Below, in pieces: positions 22,838 through 36,452 of a stretch of DNA of 64,000 nucleotides. The position numbers and the translations under genes were made by a program. Origin of the DNA: Bigelowiella natans CCMP2755 (taxonomy: Eukaryota > Protista > Cercozoa); the NCBI GenBank assembly GCA_000320545.1, contig ADNK01000826.1, positions 1-64,000 on the forward strand. The letters are read 5' to 3'. The number at the start of each line of letters is the position of its first letter. Position 1 is the stretch's first letter. Below the pieces are notes generated by a model. It had not been told where the DNA came from and ran no database searches. It worked only from the letters and a program-made list of their open reading frames with translations.

Positions 22838-23506
22838 ACGATGAGCTTGCTAGCTTGTGGATGCCTGTGTCGATGAATGTCGTGCGCAGTTGTTCATTTC
22901 ATGCACCATTGCATGTGCACCACACTAGCACATGCTAGCATGCCAGCATGGGACCATGCCAGCATGTGCAAGTGTGCTGGTTTAGCAGCTAGTGTGCATG
23001 GTGTGCATCGCATGGGACCATGTGTGCTAGTGCCGTGCATCACATGGGACTGCACGTGCATCACATGCTTGTCCCTTAGAACGCACAACTGAACTTTTGT
23101 GCGCAACTCGTCAAACTTTTCCCTGTGTTTAGCATAAGCTCCTCATTGCCAATCAAGACATGTCAAGCAATGCGATGTGAGAAACGTGATGGCAGGCTGG
23201 CCTCCATTGACTCTCATGGCATGTGCAGTGCATGCACCGCTGGACTGTGTTCACTGTTGTCAATATGCATATGATGCGCGGTCTTAGATTTTCAGCGAAA
23301 CTAAACCGGTGCATTTAATGTCTGAATCGCACACCACGGTTGTCCACAGTGAAATAGATACATGTGGTTCAATGAGTAGCTACATGCCACAGGTTGCCTC
23401 AACACATAATGTGAGCACTCAGACGCACTTTCTACGTCTTCAAGTCTTAAAATTGTTCCTTTGTAGACCAACAAAAGTATCTATTGATAAGATATAATGA
23501 TTGCTA

Positions 23507-25312
23507 TTAACGACCACCGACGTCCCAGTTCGAGAGTGCATATTGCATAATTTCCTCCTCGTCGGATGTATACTTGCAGGTGTTTCCCAATGCCAAGTCT
23601 TCAAAGGGTAATACTTCACATTCCCCGATGCACTTGCAAGCAATATTAGCGTCCCACATTGTGCCCCACATTCGATCAACTACATTGTCAGCTTCCGCTA
23701 TCTATTGTTATACAAGCAGCACGTTAGACGATGACATTTCACTCAAAGCTAAATTTTGAAAAGAGGTATGGGGCAATTCGTTCATTTTATATTAACACAT
23801 ATATAGCACAGGAAAATCTACTGACCTCCCTTTGCCAGCTTAAAAAGTATCTGAGGACAAAGCACATGTTAGTTTTGAAACGGTTTTTTGTAACAATGAC
23901 ATCATCGACAAAGTAGTTCAGGTACCTCATCTTCCTGCTCCGTATAATTTTTTCATACAAACTCCAACATGGCTTTCTATCAGAGACTGGGAAATCATTT
24001 TCTTTGACAGCGGCTGCTGGCTTTTTCTTGTCAATTGTATTGTTCAACTCAATGTACGCATTCGGCGAATCATCGATAGTCAGGAAATCCCTGTAGGCGT
24101 TGATTAGAGGGTGAGTGACTGGGAAAGTGAGAGGGGGGGGGGGGGGGATGGAGAGGCATCAGGGTGTCGTGCACTGTATTCTATCCTGAGACTAGAATAA
24201 ATAGACCCGTTATCTTTTCCTACCAGTTATCATTCTGAGCCACTTGCTCTTGTCGAATCGCAGGATACTTTCCCTTACCTGTCGGCATGATGGAATTATA
24301 GGTAAGTGTATCAATGCCAATGAGACGCTTCTTCTATCTAAGAGACGAGTGTGCGTCCTTCTTCCTTTGAAAAATTATAAAGTGATATATCAAGGGAAAA
24401 GCTGCAAGCTTCACCTAACTCATGTCTTGCTCCATACGGGAACCATGTTGGCGATCCAGTTGGTCCTATTAACATTGATGATAGGAGGGGGAAGAGGAGG
24501 AGGAATAGGAGAGGGAGAAGGGGGGAAGGAATGGATTAAGACAACAAGTGGGATTATACAACTGCCCCCAGCAGTCTTTCAACATTCAAGGTTTTAGAAA
24601 AGATATTTGACACGCAGGTATTCCTCTAATTTGATTTTACAAAAAACCTCTATTCGATACCATTGAACATTAATCTCAGCAGGGAAGCACCTGTATTCTT
24701 TTTGTCCTCGTCCGTAATGATTTTCTTCTCTTTCTTCGTTGGAGAACATGCCTGTGGCGTGATTGTGCATGGGTTTAAACGACAATAGTATGAAGCTTGT
24801 GCAGGGACAGAGACGGTTTGAACGATGGAGTATGTGGAAAAGGAGTAGCCGATATTAAGAATGCGATGATCTTTGTCCTAAGATACCTCTCTAAAAATGG
24901 GAAGATTCATGACAACTTGCGTGCACAGATAGCAGAGTTCCGGACATCTGACGTTAAGAAGGAGCGTTAAAAAAAACATAAGTGAAAAAAGTTTGTCGTT
25001 TTAATTTCGCTGTCGCTGCTGCCTTTGATGATTGAATAATAGAACGTCACTAGAAACAGGATATCTTACTGCGCAAACTTCATTACCTCTGGGCGAATAG
25101 AGGACATCTCGCATCCTTTCTACACATAGGATGCTCGAATGCGGATAGACAAGATAGCCTAATGTTTTGATGATGATATTGAAATCAAAGTTCAAGCAAA
25201 AAGAAGCCATTAAAATTGATCATCACGCTCTATTGTCAACATCGTTATCAAGGTTGAAATTGTTTGCCGCCTTTCGCCATCATCCATATTTAAATATGGA
25301 AAGGTGAGGGAA

Positions 25313-25363
<51 letters not shown>

Positions 25364-25444
25364 TGTATATAACCACAGCGACCTGGCATCTTCATCAGCA
25401 GGAGTCATGCTCCGATCCGATCTGGAAAGGTCGAGAATATTAAC

Positions 25445-25488
<44 letters not shown>

Positions 25489-26696
25489 GAGATGATGAAG
25501 ACGACGACGACGATGATGATGATGATAATAGTCTGCTTGGATGTAATAGCGGTAATATAAAATGTCCGCATTGTGCCAACATCGTGATAATTGGCATATA
25601 TAATAAAATCACTACCCGAAGTTTCCAGCAGGACTTGGAGCGGTATCGTCGATACTGCAGTAATCCAGTTCCATGCAAGCAGTCTAACCATGACAGTGAG
25701 GATGACAATTATGATAAAAAACGGCTTGTACGATAGATCATATTTTCGCTATGATTCCAACTGAAGATATCTTATATCACATCTGGCACTATTTTTTGGT
25801 AATCGTGCTACTGCTACTGCCTCTATGTACTATTACTAAATACCATAGGCGGTATTCCTCGATTCAGCCTATCCCATATCTACACAGAATATAATTCAAC
25901 ATAATTCGTTGCAATTCTCAGCCTAATAATATATACTATTTGCAGATTTCAAAGTATTATTTCGTTGTGAGGATGTGAATGTATGTATGTTGCTACCCTG
26001 TAGTAATGCTTGTGAATCAGGATCTTCTCCATATCGAAGCAATTATCCCTTAACCTCCCGAACACATGGTTACCTGTAGTATATACTTCAAGATGACGAG
26101 ACAGATTTCTATATGGTAAATAAATATATTACATGTAAAAATTGGACTTTCGCAGCCTCGAAAGCTAGGCCCCCTTTTGTCAGCTGCCATCAGCTGTTTT
26201 CAACACATTGCAATACCACTTCATATGCTGCTGAAAATTCCGTTAATTCATGATAATCGCAGGGTATTACCACATAATCATCATTTTTGGCATGATTGCC
26301 AATACATGAATATCGATCATGCCATGTTTGTGCGACGTCCTCACATATCTGGTAAATAAACGAAGCAACATTAGGAAGTCCCAAGTAGAGCCACGATTTT
26401 TTTGAATTGAAAAGTCATACCCGACAGCGCTCAGTGGGAGCAGAGGGATAGACAGGCTTGGGTGCGTCAGTGTTTTGGGTGTATTCACCATCAAGCTGGA
26501 CAAATGAGTCCGGACTTAAGCTGACGACTGGCGGCGTTGTTGTGGAATTTCCCCGGAATGATTGCTGACGAGCTGTGTGGTTTTTCCTGGTCTTCATTTG
26601 CATAGCGCCAGCGTTCAGATTGAAAACCAATAACATTAAAACTCCGGGAATCCTTTTAAGTTCGTTTTTGCTTTTTTTATGGCGAGTCTCAGACAT
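23507..26696 (-). CDS. Cys-rich, probably secreted protein with saposin-like Cys patterns; multi-exon
   Basis: Exons read by eye: N-terminal hydrophobic GVLMLLVFNL; CR|ICEDVAQ; CPELCYLCTQVVMNL; C-terminal IACKCIGEC...GGR* (TAA at 23507). Confidence 0.5.
25314..25525. repeat. (TA)n tracts and (GAC/GAT)n in introns
   Basis: Directly visible. Confidence 0.95.
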
Positions 26697-27191
26697 TTTA
26701 CGTTCACCAAATCGATCCTAAGAGGGCAGTGAAGTGCACTCCTTCCCCCACTTCAACAAGTTCGATCTACTGAATTCAATCAAGGATCTATTAACGTGTG
26801 CGCTCGATTGGAGGCCCCTCACCCGGGAGAGGGGAGGAAAGGTTGAGGCAATGACAGCAAAATGAAGGTAGCAACGTTTGAATTTTTCGAAATTGCAACT
26901 CGAGTGATCTCGATCGCTTGTCGCAGGAACTACTGAATAAATAAATAATAAATCGGCCTTGTGAACCATCATCATTTTTTTACTTGCGACAATCTCTTCC
27001 ATGAGTACGTTCCGAACATTTCATGTGCGCAGAAATGGCATTGGTTTTTCGATTTACTTTGTTCAATTATCTTGTCGCGCATGTGAGCGATTGTCCATCG
27101 CATATACGAGAACCCCCCCTGTCCACGCCGGAGAAATAACATTGGAGATCAGATTGAGGGGAGCGTATTTACAGGAAATTGACTCCGTACT

Positions 27192-29006
27192 ATGTCAGGA
27201 ACGCAGGTTGATATTCCTTGTACTCAGCTGAACGGTGAGTCCTTTATGAATCATGTTGTGGATTGTCTTGTCTGAGTCGTTGCATTCGTTGCTCAACGTC
27301 AGCATGGCTTTGCAATCGTGGACTCCTCAAGAAGAAATGGCAAAGTGATTTACGTGAGATTCAATCAAAAATCAAGGAGAGTAGGAAGCTCCTCCCCGCT
27401 GAACTCCAAGAAAAAATTGAGCGAGACGGTAGCACAGTGATTCGATGTTCGTTGACTCGTTTATCACAGAATACAATAATTTTTTATCCATCCAGCAATC
27501 GGCTATCCGGAGGTGATAAAGATTATCGACAGTCTAGAACAAAAAGAAAAAGCTAGCGGTAAAAATGTGAAGACCATGTTCGGTGGTTATAGCTCAGATC
27601 TTCTCAGAGAATGGGACGGAATCCGTCAAGCATACATTAAAAACAACCTCTACCTTGGCGAATTCGGACGGATTCTTTCACAGCGACTAAAGTATGATAT
27701 TCCTCGAATGCGTAAACTTGTTCAAGATTCTGGTCGTCAAATCTCAGAATTAGAGCGCAAGATGTCAGACCGTGAGCAGCTTTCACGAGAATGGAGGGCA
27801 AAGTTTGTAGCTCGTTGCAAGGAATTAAAAATCAGTGGCGTTAATGTACGCCAGGAACTTAAAATGACGGTTCGTGAACTTCCTGCAGCACTGGAAAAGG
27901 TTTGTGAAGAAACACGTAGTGAAAAAATGAAGGCTGGGATTGCACTATACTGCGACTTTGTGAAATTTCTGCGAGGATTCTCCGCAGATGAGAAAAAAAA
28001 AGCCGAAGTAGATGAAAAACATATCCCCACTCTTCATGGCCTAAAAGAAGTTCGTGAAGCTTTGCCGTACGACCTCGAAGCTGCTGAGAAACAATTAGCC
28101 TCGGCTTCTGATGAGAAGGAAGTTGAGAATGGCTGGGCACTGGTAAATGCAAATGACGCAGGGCCTCCTGTTGGAGGAGAAGGCGGATCTTCTTCTACAG
28201 GTGGAAATGTTGGTTGGAACATGTTGAATGGAAACAACGAAGCAAAAACTGGTAGAGAGAAGGGGGGGGGAGATGCTAAGAATCAGGAGGCGGAAAACAG
28301 GGAAGACGGAATAAATTGGGACTTCGAAGTTGCGGAAGTAGGGACTGGGGAGAAGCAGTCAACAGACGACGATGCAGCTGGAAAAATCAGTAGTGAGTGG
28401 GGCATAACAGTTGAAGAGACAGATGTGACATCTGCACCCTCAAAAGGAATATCTCGAACGGGTAACAGCATCTTAATACCGAAACTTCCAAAACACATTC
28501 TCGAAAAGGAAGAGCTCCGGAACCAACTCATCAACGACTTGCTGGAATTAAAGTGCTTTTATCGCCAGAGACTATCTGAACTAGAGGACGGGGACTCAGT
28601 GTGTGCTGGACAATACAGCAAACGTGATAGAGACCTAGCATTGGCTAAAAGGTGCACAGACATATCTGTCAAAGGGTACCTCAAGATTATAGAATCAAGC
28701 CTCTCTGCGTTGAACAAGGATGATCTTCAAAGGATGCTACTAATTAAAAGCGGAGAAAGGTACGTTACTCGCCTTGCAGACTCCATTACACAATTGGATA
28801 GGAATGCAAAGAAAATGCACGATTCCATAGGCCAGATACGTTCGCGTCAGCAATCGATTCGAAGATCGGTAACGCAAACAAATGCATCTTTGGGTAGAGA
28901 AATAAAACGTTGCAAAAAGATCCAAGTCGATTTGGAAGATCGCCTGAAGGAAATGTTCCCCGAAGTTCTTGGTTTCAAAATAGTCGGTGAGATAGACAAG
29001 TTGTAG
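27192..29006 (+). CDS. CDK5RAP3: CDK5 regulatory subunit-associated protein 3 (C53; UFMylation/ER-phagy)
   Basis: MSGTQVDIPCTQLN|AWLCNRGLLKKKWQ; KTMFGGYSSDLLREWDGI..Y.KNNLYLGE; LKYDIP; acidic linker with INWD/SEWG-type motifs; RNQLINDLLEL; C-terminal IVGEI. Confidence 0.92.
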
Positions 29007-30006
29007 CTGTTGCTCTTTGGTGACATTTCTCTACGACAAAGACTAGCCCATCAAGCGTAAGAGGCTTGAGGCTTGTGGAAATCCGTCTTATCGCGTCTTC
29101 GCAATGAAATAGTAAAATCAATTTTGCTATAATGCAAAGTGCAACATTTGAGCTCAAAGCATCGGGTCAATAGTCTATTCGCTACTTGCTTGGCCGTGAA
29201 ATGCACACATGTATCGAAACGTGAAGAACATCTCAAGGAACATCTCTCTCATGTATATATAGACACTCTATTCTCTTAAGAGAGTTCAGCTCTAAATTTG
29301 TGTGTGTGTGTGTGTGTGTGTGTGCAGCTGCGAACGTCATTCGATTCTTGAACCGCTTACAACTAGGCACAAATTGTTACCATGCTATGATACGTACGTC
29401 TGCATGGATTTCGGTTGAGCCAAATAAGCATTACAATGCTAGCGCGTTCTCACGTAGCACAAGTACGTCTAGACATATTCAATGGCTACATAGACATGCT
29501 CTGTCCAGCCATGCAGCATCTGGTAACAACTAGACAACGTACACATGACTAGATGGGTCATGGGAAACGTAGATCGATACTGTGCAAATGATAAGATGTG
29601 TGCATCCTTCTGTATATATGGACAAGTCGAAACTATACTATGAAAAGGCAAACAATGCGACGAACAAAAAAACAAGCGACCATTGTCAACCACTAGACTA
29701 TAAGGCCTAGCCAGGCGCTTGGCTTGCAGAGCACGGTAATTGTTCAACTTTACTGCTCCTATCTAGCAATGACGACTAGCCGCATGCATCATATAGTTCT
29801 CTATATCTCTATATAATCGATCTGCCATCCCATGCAACAATAGTGGTCATGAGGTGCAGTGTGGTCCTACAACACCCCTCGATCGAAGGTAGTAAACGGC
29901 TAGTACGACATGAAAAGGCTAGCTACATTAATACAGGGTTTCTTATCATAGCGGAACTGTGGCATAAACTAAATTTTGATTTGATGGCGCGCTTGCTCGT
30001 TTGTAA

Positions 30007-30991
30007 TTAGTAGAATCCCCTCGGAGAGAGCTCCGTGTCCTTCTTAAGCCCTGTGAAAGCTTCCTCCCATGTGGGACCGCTAGTTTCATATCCAGAAGGC
30101 AAAGAGTACCAAGGCAGCAAAGGACGCGGCCCCATTTCCATCTTTGAATCAACCGAGTACATTTCAAACGTGGCACCGCTTGCAAATTTTTCTGGTGCAA
30201 CAACTGCTGCAGCCACTGCAGCTGCAACATCAGCACGTGGAACTGAGCCTACTACTGTATCTCCCTGGTTTAACTCGGTCTTTTGTGCACCGAGTGCAGG
30301 CATATCACGGAGGCCTCCGGGGCGGATGATTGTATAGTCGACTCTGAAAAGTTGCACGGAGAAATTAAAATCAAGAAGGTCGTGATGACCTATATTTTCA
30401 TTAATATCTCAGTGTGCTCAGAGTACCCTGATCCTGAGAGAATGCGTCGAAGACTTTCTTCTCCTTTCTTCTTTTCAAACAAAACTCCTTTTCCTATGAC
30501 GTTGAGAAGAAGTCCGACAGGTGCATATGGTCTAGTCACTGCACCTGATGTCACTGTATTTACCCAGAATTTAACTATCAGAGAGGTAGAAAAGGAAAGA
30601 AAGTCGCGGTTAAAGTTTTGATAAATAGGGAAAAACCTGCAACTACACGCTCTAGATTGACTTCCTTAGCAATCTCTGCGGTGTTTTCAAGGCCCTGATA
30701 TTTTTATTCACTTTATGAGTTCCTTGTGCACAACGTTATCTTCATTATTTTCTTGTCAGCTATTTCGAAACCTTAAAATCTACTTCAGATGGTTTGCTTC
30801 CAGCAGCTTTGCTGTATGCAGCAGCAAAGACAGCAGCTCGACACCCGTTCAGCTCCCTTCGAAGGGTGTCCATCGAGGTTACATCTCCTTTTGCTGGAGT
30901 CACAAGAGGTGAGTCGATGCCGTTGAAATCTCCATTTCTAGTCAAAGTAAAGTACAAGGAGACAATATTTACTACGAGTTTTACCCATTTA

Positions 30992-31083
<92 letters not shown>

Positions 31084-31487
31084 CAATCTAAGATGCGACC
31101 GTGTGAGAGCTTTCACCGGAACTCCAAGTTTTACAAGTTCCTCAACGCAAAGCCTCCCTGTGCGCCCATTGGCCCCTGTGGCAGTGGAATGAAAAGTATG
31201 GGTCATACTAAGCATATCAAATAAATTAAATGAGGGAATCCCCCTCCCCCTGATGAGTTGTTGTTACCAAGAACGGCAACTGGACGCGAAGACACAACAG
31301 AGGAAACAGCCGCCGGGCATGAAACCCTTCTTTGCTGTGTCCTTGTTTGGCCATTTCTTCCCATCATCGCCATCAAAGGCTGACTCCATAAATTGTAACG
31401 AATAACCGATGCACAAAGGACCATGCTCGCAAGAGCTAAGATCCTGAGCCTCACACTCGTAGAGCTCGTGCGGTCCAGGAGCCTCAT
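30007..31487 (-). CDS. NAD(P)H-binding atypical SDR (TIC62-like), plastid-targeted
   Basis: Signal-like LRILALASMVLCASVI plus R/S-rich transit peptide; VAVLG|ANGRTGRLCV Rossmann motif; GDVT; VDF; YTIIRPGGL; GSVPRADVA. Confidence 0.85.
30992..31081. repeat. (TGTGTA)n/(TG)n microsatellite in an intron
   Basis: Directly visible. Confidence 0.95.
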
Positions 31488-32107
31488 TTGTAGGGTCGTC
31501 GACGTAGATTCCCAATACTGTAGGAAACAATCTCTATTTGTTGAATACGACAACTAAACTTGCGAATAAGAGGAAAGAAAAGGCGGATACGCTTATGGAG
31601 CGGAGATATTACCTAGTAATGCAGGCGATTTGGCCCCAGATGCACGAGGAAATGCATATAATCGGGAATTTATCGATAGAACTGCATCATTTCTCTTGTC
31701 GTCACATATAAATCACAAATATTCAACTTTCCAGATCTGTGCTCAGGTGCCCGGCGGGGGGGTGGAGGGGATTGGAGAGAATGGAGAGATGACAACGCAA
31801 TAATAACGTAGATACAGAGGGGGTGATCCTATATTTGATGTTTTGGAGTCTGGCAACGCATAATCTAGCTTGATCTTTGCGATTTTGTGGTGCTGTTTAG
31901 ATTTGAGGGTTAACTCTTGTATCACTGCCTAACGCCGTTTTTAGGGAATGGGGAATCCTGATGTCCACATAACCCTCTGATGTTCATTATGTCTCTGTAA
32001 AATCCTCAGCGCCGCTTGAAGGTAATAAGCATATTCCCGCTCTGAGGCTTCGCCTCAACTACACATTCGGGGGGGGGCTTCATCAAACGGAAGGCTGAAA
32101 GAATCTG

Positions 32108-33730
32108 ATGAAGCGATGTAGGAGATTATTCAAGGGCCTCAGCCATAGGGTTGGGAAGTCAGAGAACGTGCGTCATCACTGCTTCAGAACATTTTCCACT
32201 CGAACCGAGCAGTTTCTCTCGCAGATTCCAGCTACTGAGATTGCCTCGTCTGTTGATGATACTGTTGTCAAAAAAGGGAAGAATGGCAATAAAGTAGGGC
32301 GTATGGTACGCCTGGATGTAAAGATAGATAATTCGTCGCAGCGTAATGAAATCGAGGCGAAATTGGAAGAGTTTCAAGCATTTGTAAAGAAAGCGGCGTG
32401 CGGCGGGTTAAAAGGAGAGAGTAGTAGTGAAGGAGGAATTTCCTCTTCTCAAAATCAGCAGCCTCTACTGGTACAGGCTGCTCAAATCCGTGAACTCCTG
32501 CTCCTCCTGAATCAACGAGAGATGGGAATTGAACGCCTGAAAAATGGTCATTCAATGGGAGTAGCACAAAGTCGACATAATAAAATATGGAATTGCTATC
32601 TCTCTGCCTGTGCACATCAAGGAGACCCGGTTGCTGCAGTAGCCGGCTTTGAGAGGATGCTGATGTCAACAACAGCGATGACAGCTTCGACAGAAACGAA
32701 TGATATAGATCCTAGGAATCATCATGATCATCATCATAAAGGACTCATCAATCCGGCCAGCAGTGAAGCCTATATCCACGTGATGGAGGCTTTTGCGTCT
32801 GTTGGAGACAAACAAGGCGCTGAGGACTGGTTTCGGAAACGACTGTCCGCTAATTATAGAGCAAGCGACCCCCGCGCCTGCAACGCTATTCTGCATGCTT
32901 ACCTAAGAAGCAAAGATATCGAGAAAACGCACCGTTGGATGAGGCGTATGGAGCAGATGCGAGTTTCCCCCGATCTCACCTCGTACAACCTTCTGCTGTA
33001 TCGTTGTTCCATCACCGGCGCTGTGGACCATGCCGAACGATTGCTCGCGAAGGCAAAACAGGAAGGCCTTCAGCCCGAGTATGAAACGTACCGAAACCTA
33101 GTCGGCGCGTTCATAAAGGCGGGAGGGGAGGCGAACGTGGGGAAAGCTGAGCGCATGCTCGAAGAGATGGCGCAAACGGGGTTTTCCGATGCTATAGACG
33201 AGGATATTGTGATACGAAGGAAGATAATCGAGGCGTATGCGCATTGCAAACGCCTAGATGATGCCGAGAAGGCGCTCCAGACCTTGCTAGAGAGAGGTGA
33301 CAAGCCCACAAGAAAACTGTACAGTGCTATCGTTTTTCAAGCAGCCAAGAGTAGGGATGTCGATCGAGTGAAGAGGCTTCTCACCCACCCGTCATGTAGT
33401 CTTGGAGTTGGACCCGATCACCTCGTCACGGAGCACGTTTACTGCGTTGTTATGGCCATGTACGCGCAGATGGGGGCGTTTGACGATGCAGAGGAGGTGC
33501 TGCAAAGCATGGACGAAATCGGCGTCACCACCGAGAAGGGTCTTAAGGCGATCGTGGAGGTGTGCGCTATATGCGAGAGGTGGAAAGAGGCCACTGCGTA
33601 CATGGAAGAGATGAAGGCAAGGGATAAGGTCTACCCATGCAGTAACACGTACAGGCACGTGCTTCTAGGTAACTTCGCCAAACTACACCAAGAGAGTAAG
33701 GAAGATACAGATTTGAAATTGAATTAAGAT

Positions 33731-33775
<45 letters not shown>

Positions 33776-33935
33776 GGGGGGGGATTCCTTGTTGTAACAT
33801 AACGCATTGCTTGCTGCCCTTTTCATTCGTTAGCATGCGCAAAAAGAGGCGCATATGAGGCTGCAGAGCAGATCTTCCATGATATGAAAGAAAGCGGCAT
33901 TCCATACGAGAAGATCCATTTTAGGTAGCAGTAGC

Positions 33936-33968
<33 letters not shown>

Positions 33969-34346
33969 TTGGTTGTTGTTGCTGTGACAATGCGGTAGAA
34001 GTGGTAGTGATGTCCAATTGCGGGAAATAATCATCAGCATTTCAAAATCAGCACAATTCTTTTCCGCAGAAGCAACATCACAAACTCCCTGCGTATTCTT
34101 ATAATCACGAGAGTAATGTGGTCAAATCTCTCTTTTTCTACTTTAGTCTGGTGCGGCAGGCCTGTTTAGTAGCAGGCCTAGGAGAGGTGGAGAGCAGTAA
34201 GTGGACGCGATTGATCGAGCAACACGAAGCCGAGCTCGCCGCACACACTGATCTTCAGCACTCATCGATACTTCTAGGTAAGATTTGAACGCCACAACAC
34301 AAGCAAAAGGGGGAGGGGGGAACACTACGTTATATTGCCCTATATA

Positions 34347-34378
<32 letters not shown>

Positions 34379-35373
34379 ATAGTCGTGGTAGTAGTATGCA
34401 TAATGTGTCGTCTCGGCTTAGAATCGTACAGCGGAGAGGATGCTGCAGGTGGTGCTGCTACTATCGATAAAGGAGACGCAGTACTGCAGCAGCAGGTCCA
34501 ACAGCAGCGGCAAAACGACAGCAGCGACGAGGGCACTAGGAGACTAAACACAAAACTAGGGATGTACGCCCTCAAAGGTGATGACTGACCAACACTTGTT
34601 TGGTTGCATGCGCTCTGAGTAAAAGAAAGAGAGTCACGCTTCTTGGGAGCGAGGCACACAGGACTGCGCGATGATCGTTATCCTTTGGCGACGTCATCAA
34701 ATGTACTTAGCACCTATTATGTTTACTAATGCAGGCGATTGGAAAAGCGTGGATAGCATCCTTAGCATCATGCGGTGAGTGAGTTGCAAGATCTAGAGAT
34801 GGGATGTGTGAGAAGTGGTCCATCGACGGGGGGGCGGTCTATATATACAGCCTAACTGCAGAAGAGAAAAGGGGGAGGAGAGGGATTTTGTGTCATGTTA
34901 TTTCCCCCCACAACTTATATCCTCCGCTAACCCTATGCTTATTCGTTGATGATTTGTCAGAGCCGAGAAGCGAATGCCTGAGGTGCACGCTTTGGCATGC
35001 CTAGTGAGGGGAAGCCGGACTATAGCGCGCGCGGTAGTAACCGACCTAATGAATGATGCCTCTTTTCCGTCGAGTTATTCGTAGTCAGCTGGTCCTCCAT
35101 TGGCACTACCGCCTACCCTTACCGTGATCATTGCACTTCGATGATATTGATGATGATTGTTTTCTTTAATTGCAAACAATCATAACGATATATTATGGTT
35201 GTAGGAGCACTACCTCAACTGGATAATCGCGTCAAAAATAAAACCGACGAAGGAGATGTGGGCTGCTATCTTGAAAACCTGTAACGAAAAGAACGACAGC
35301 AAGCGAGCAGTGTTCTGGTTGAAGCGTATGGGGAGCATCCTTAGAAGAGGTTCAATACTGAAGTAGTTATAAC

Positions 35374-35404
<31 letters not shown>

Positions 35405-35571
35405 CTAGGTGTTGTTGTTGTGACTGTTGTGGGTCGTGTAGCAGGTATTTCAGCGATTAAAAATCGCCGCAGCAATGACATCCTGATCATCTATTTCGCT
35501 TTTTGCCGTCTACACCTACATAACTGCAAGTTACACCCGCGCGCGGATGCGCGCGCGCTCGCACACGTTTA

Positions 35572-35647
<76 letters not shown>

Positions 35648-36416
35648 CGCTGATGTTGGATACACAGACGGATCAGGGTTCATCGCGAACAGCAACAGTG
35701 AGATCCTGCTATCCGCCATTACAGCGTTTGCACGCCTCAAAAACCTCAAAGGTATCAAATGAATTAGCAATCCTGAGAAGCGCGTTTTTCGTCTTGGTGC
35801 TATATGATGGAGCATGTATACCGAATGTAAGAAGAAGAAGAAGAGGCCTGGGAGTACTACTCAGCTGTGCAGCAGAGCAAAAGCCATGTTGCACGTGTCA
35901 AGCACTATTAGAGTTAAAAGATATATTAGTAGTAGGGGTTTATGTTGTTAGATCATAAATATTTTCCACATCCTCGCAGCAGTGGGAAATTCCATGACCT
36001 TCCTTGCGTATCATCTTATCCGCAACCCTAACCCCCCCCCCCCCTCCCCTTCCTCTTTTGGGATATTCTCAAACACCAGCAATTGAGCAGTGCATCGCGC
36101 GACTAGAGTCCATTACGATGTCGAATCTTCAGGCTGTACATTACCAGCACATCATCGTAGCGTACATGGAGGCGAACGCTCTCGAGCAGGCGCTGGGATG
36201 GCATGCTCGCATGCACGAGAAGGGGTTTCGCATGGACGAAGATTATAGCGGCGTAGCAGGAGGAGGGAAAGGAGGCGGAGGAGGAGGAGGAGGAGGAGCT
36301 TCAGAAGCAGCAAGAGGTGGTAGATCCGGGAGGAGGGTTGGGGGGAGCTGCAGTGGTTACCACCAATTGATCGAGATGTGCATTCTTCGGAACGACCACA
36401 AAGGACTCAAAGCTTG

Positions 36417-36452
<36 letters not shown>

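Noticed and set aside
24040-24095. FCP1/NIF phosphatase suggested by 'IDDSPNAY'
   Set aside because: No DLDET motif in the other exons; the Cys pattern fits a secreted saposin-like protein better.
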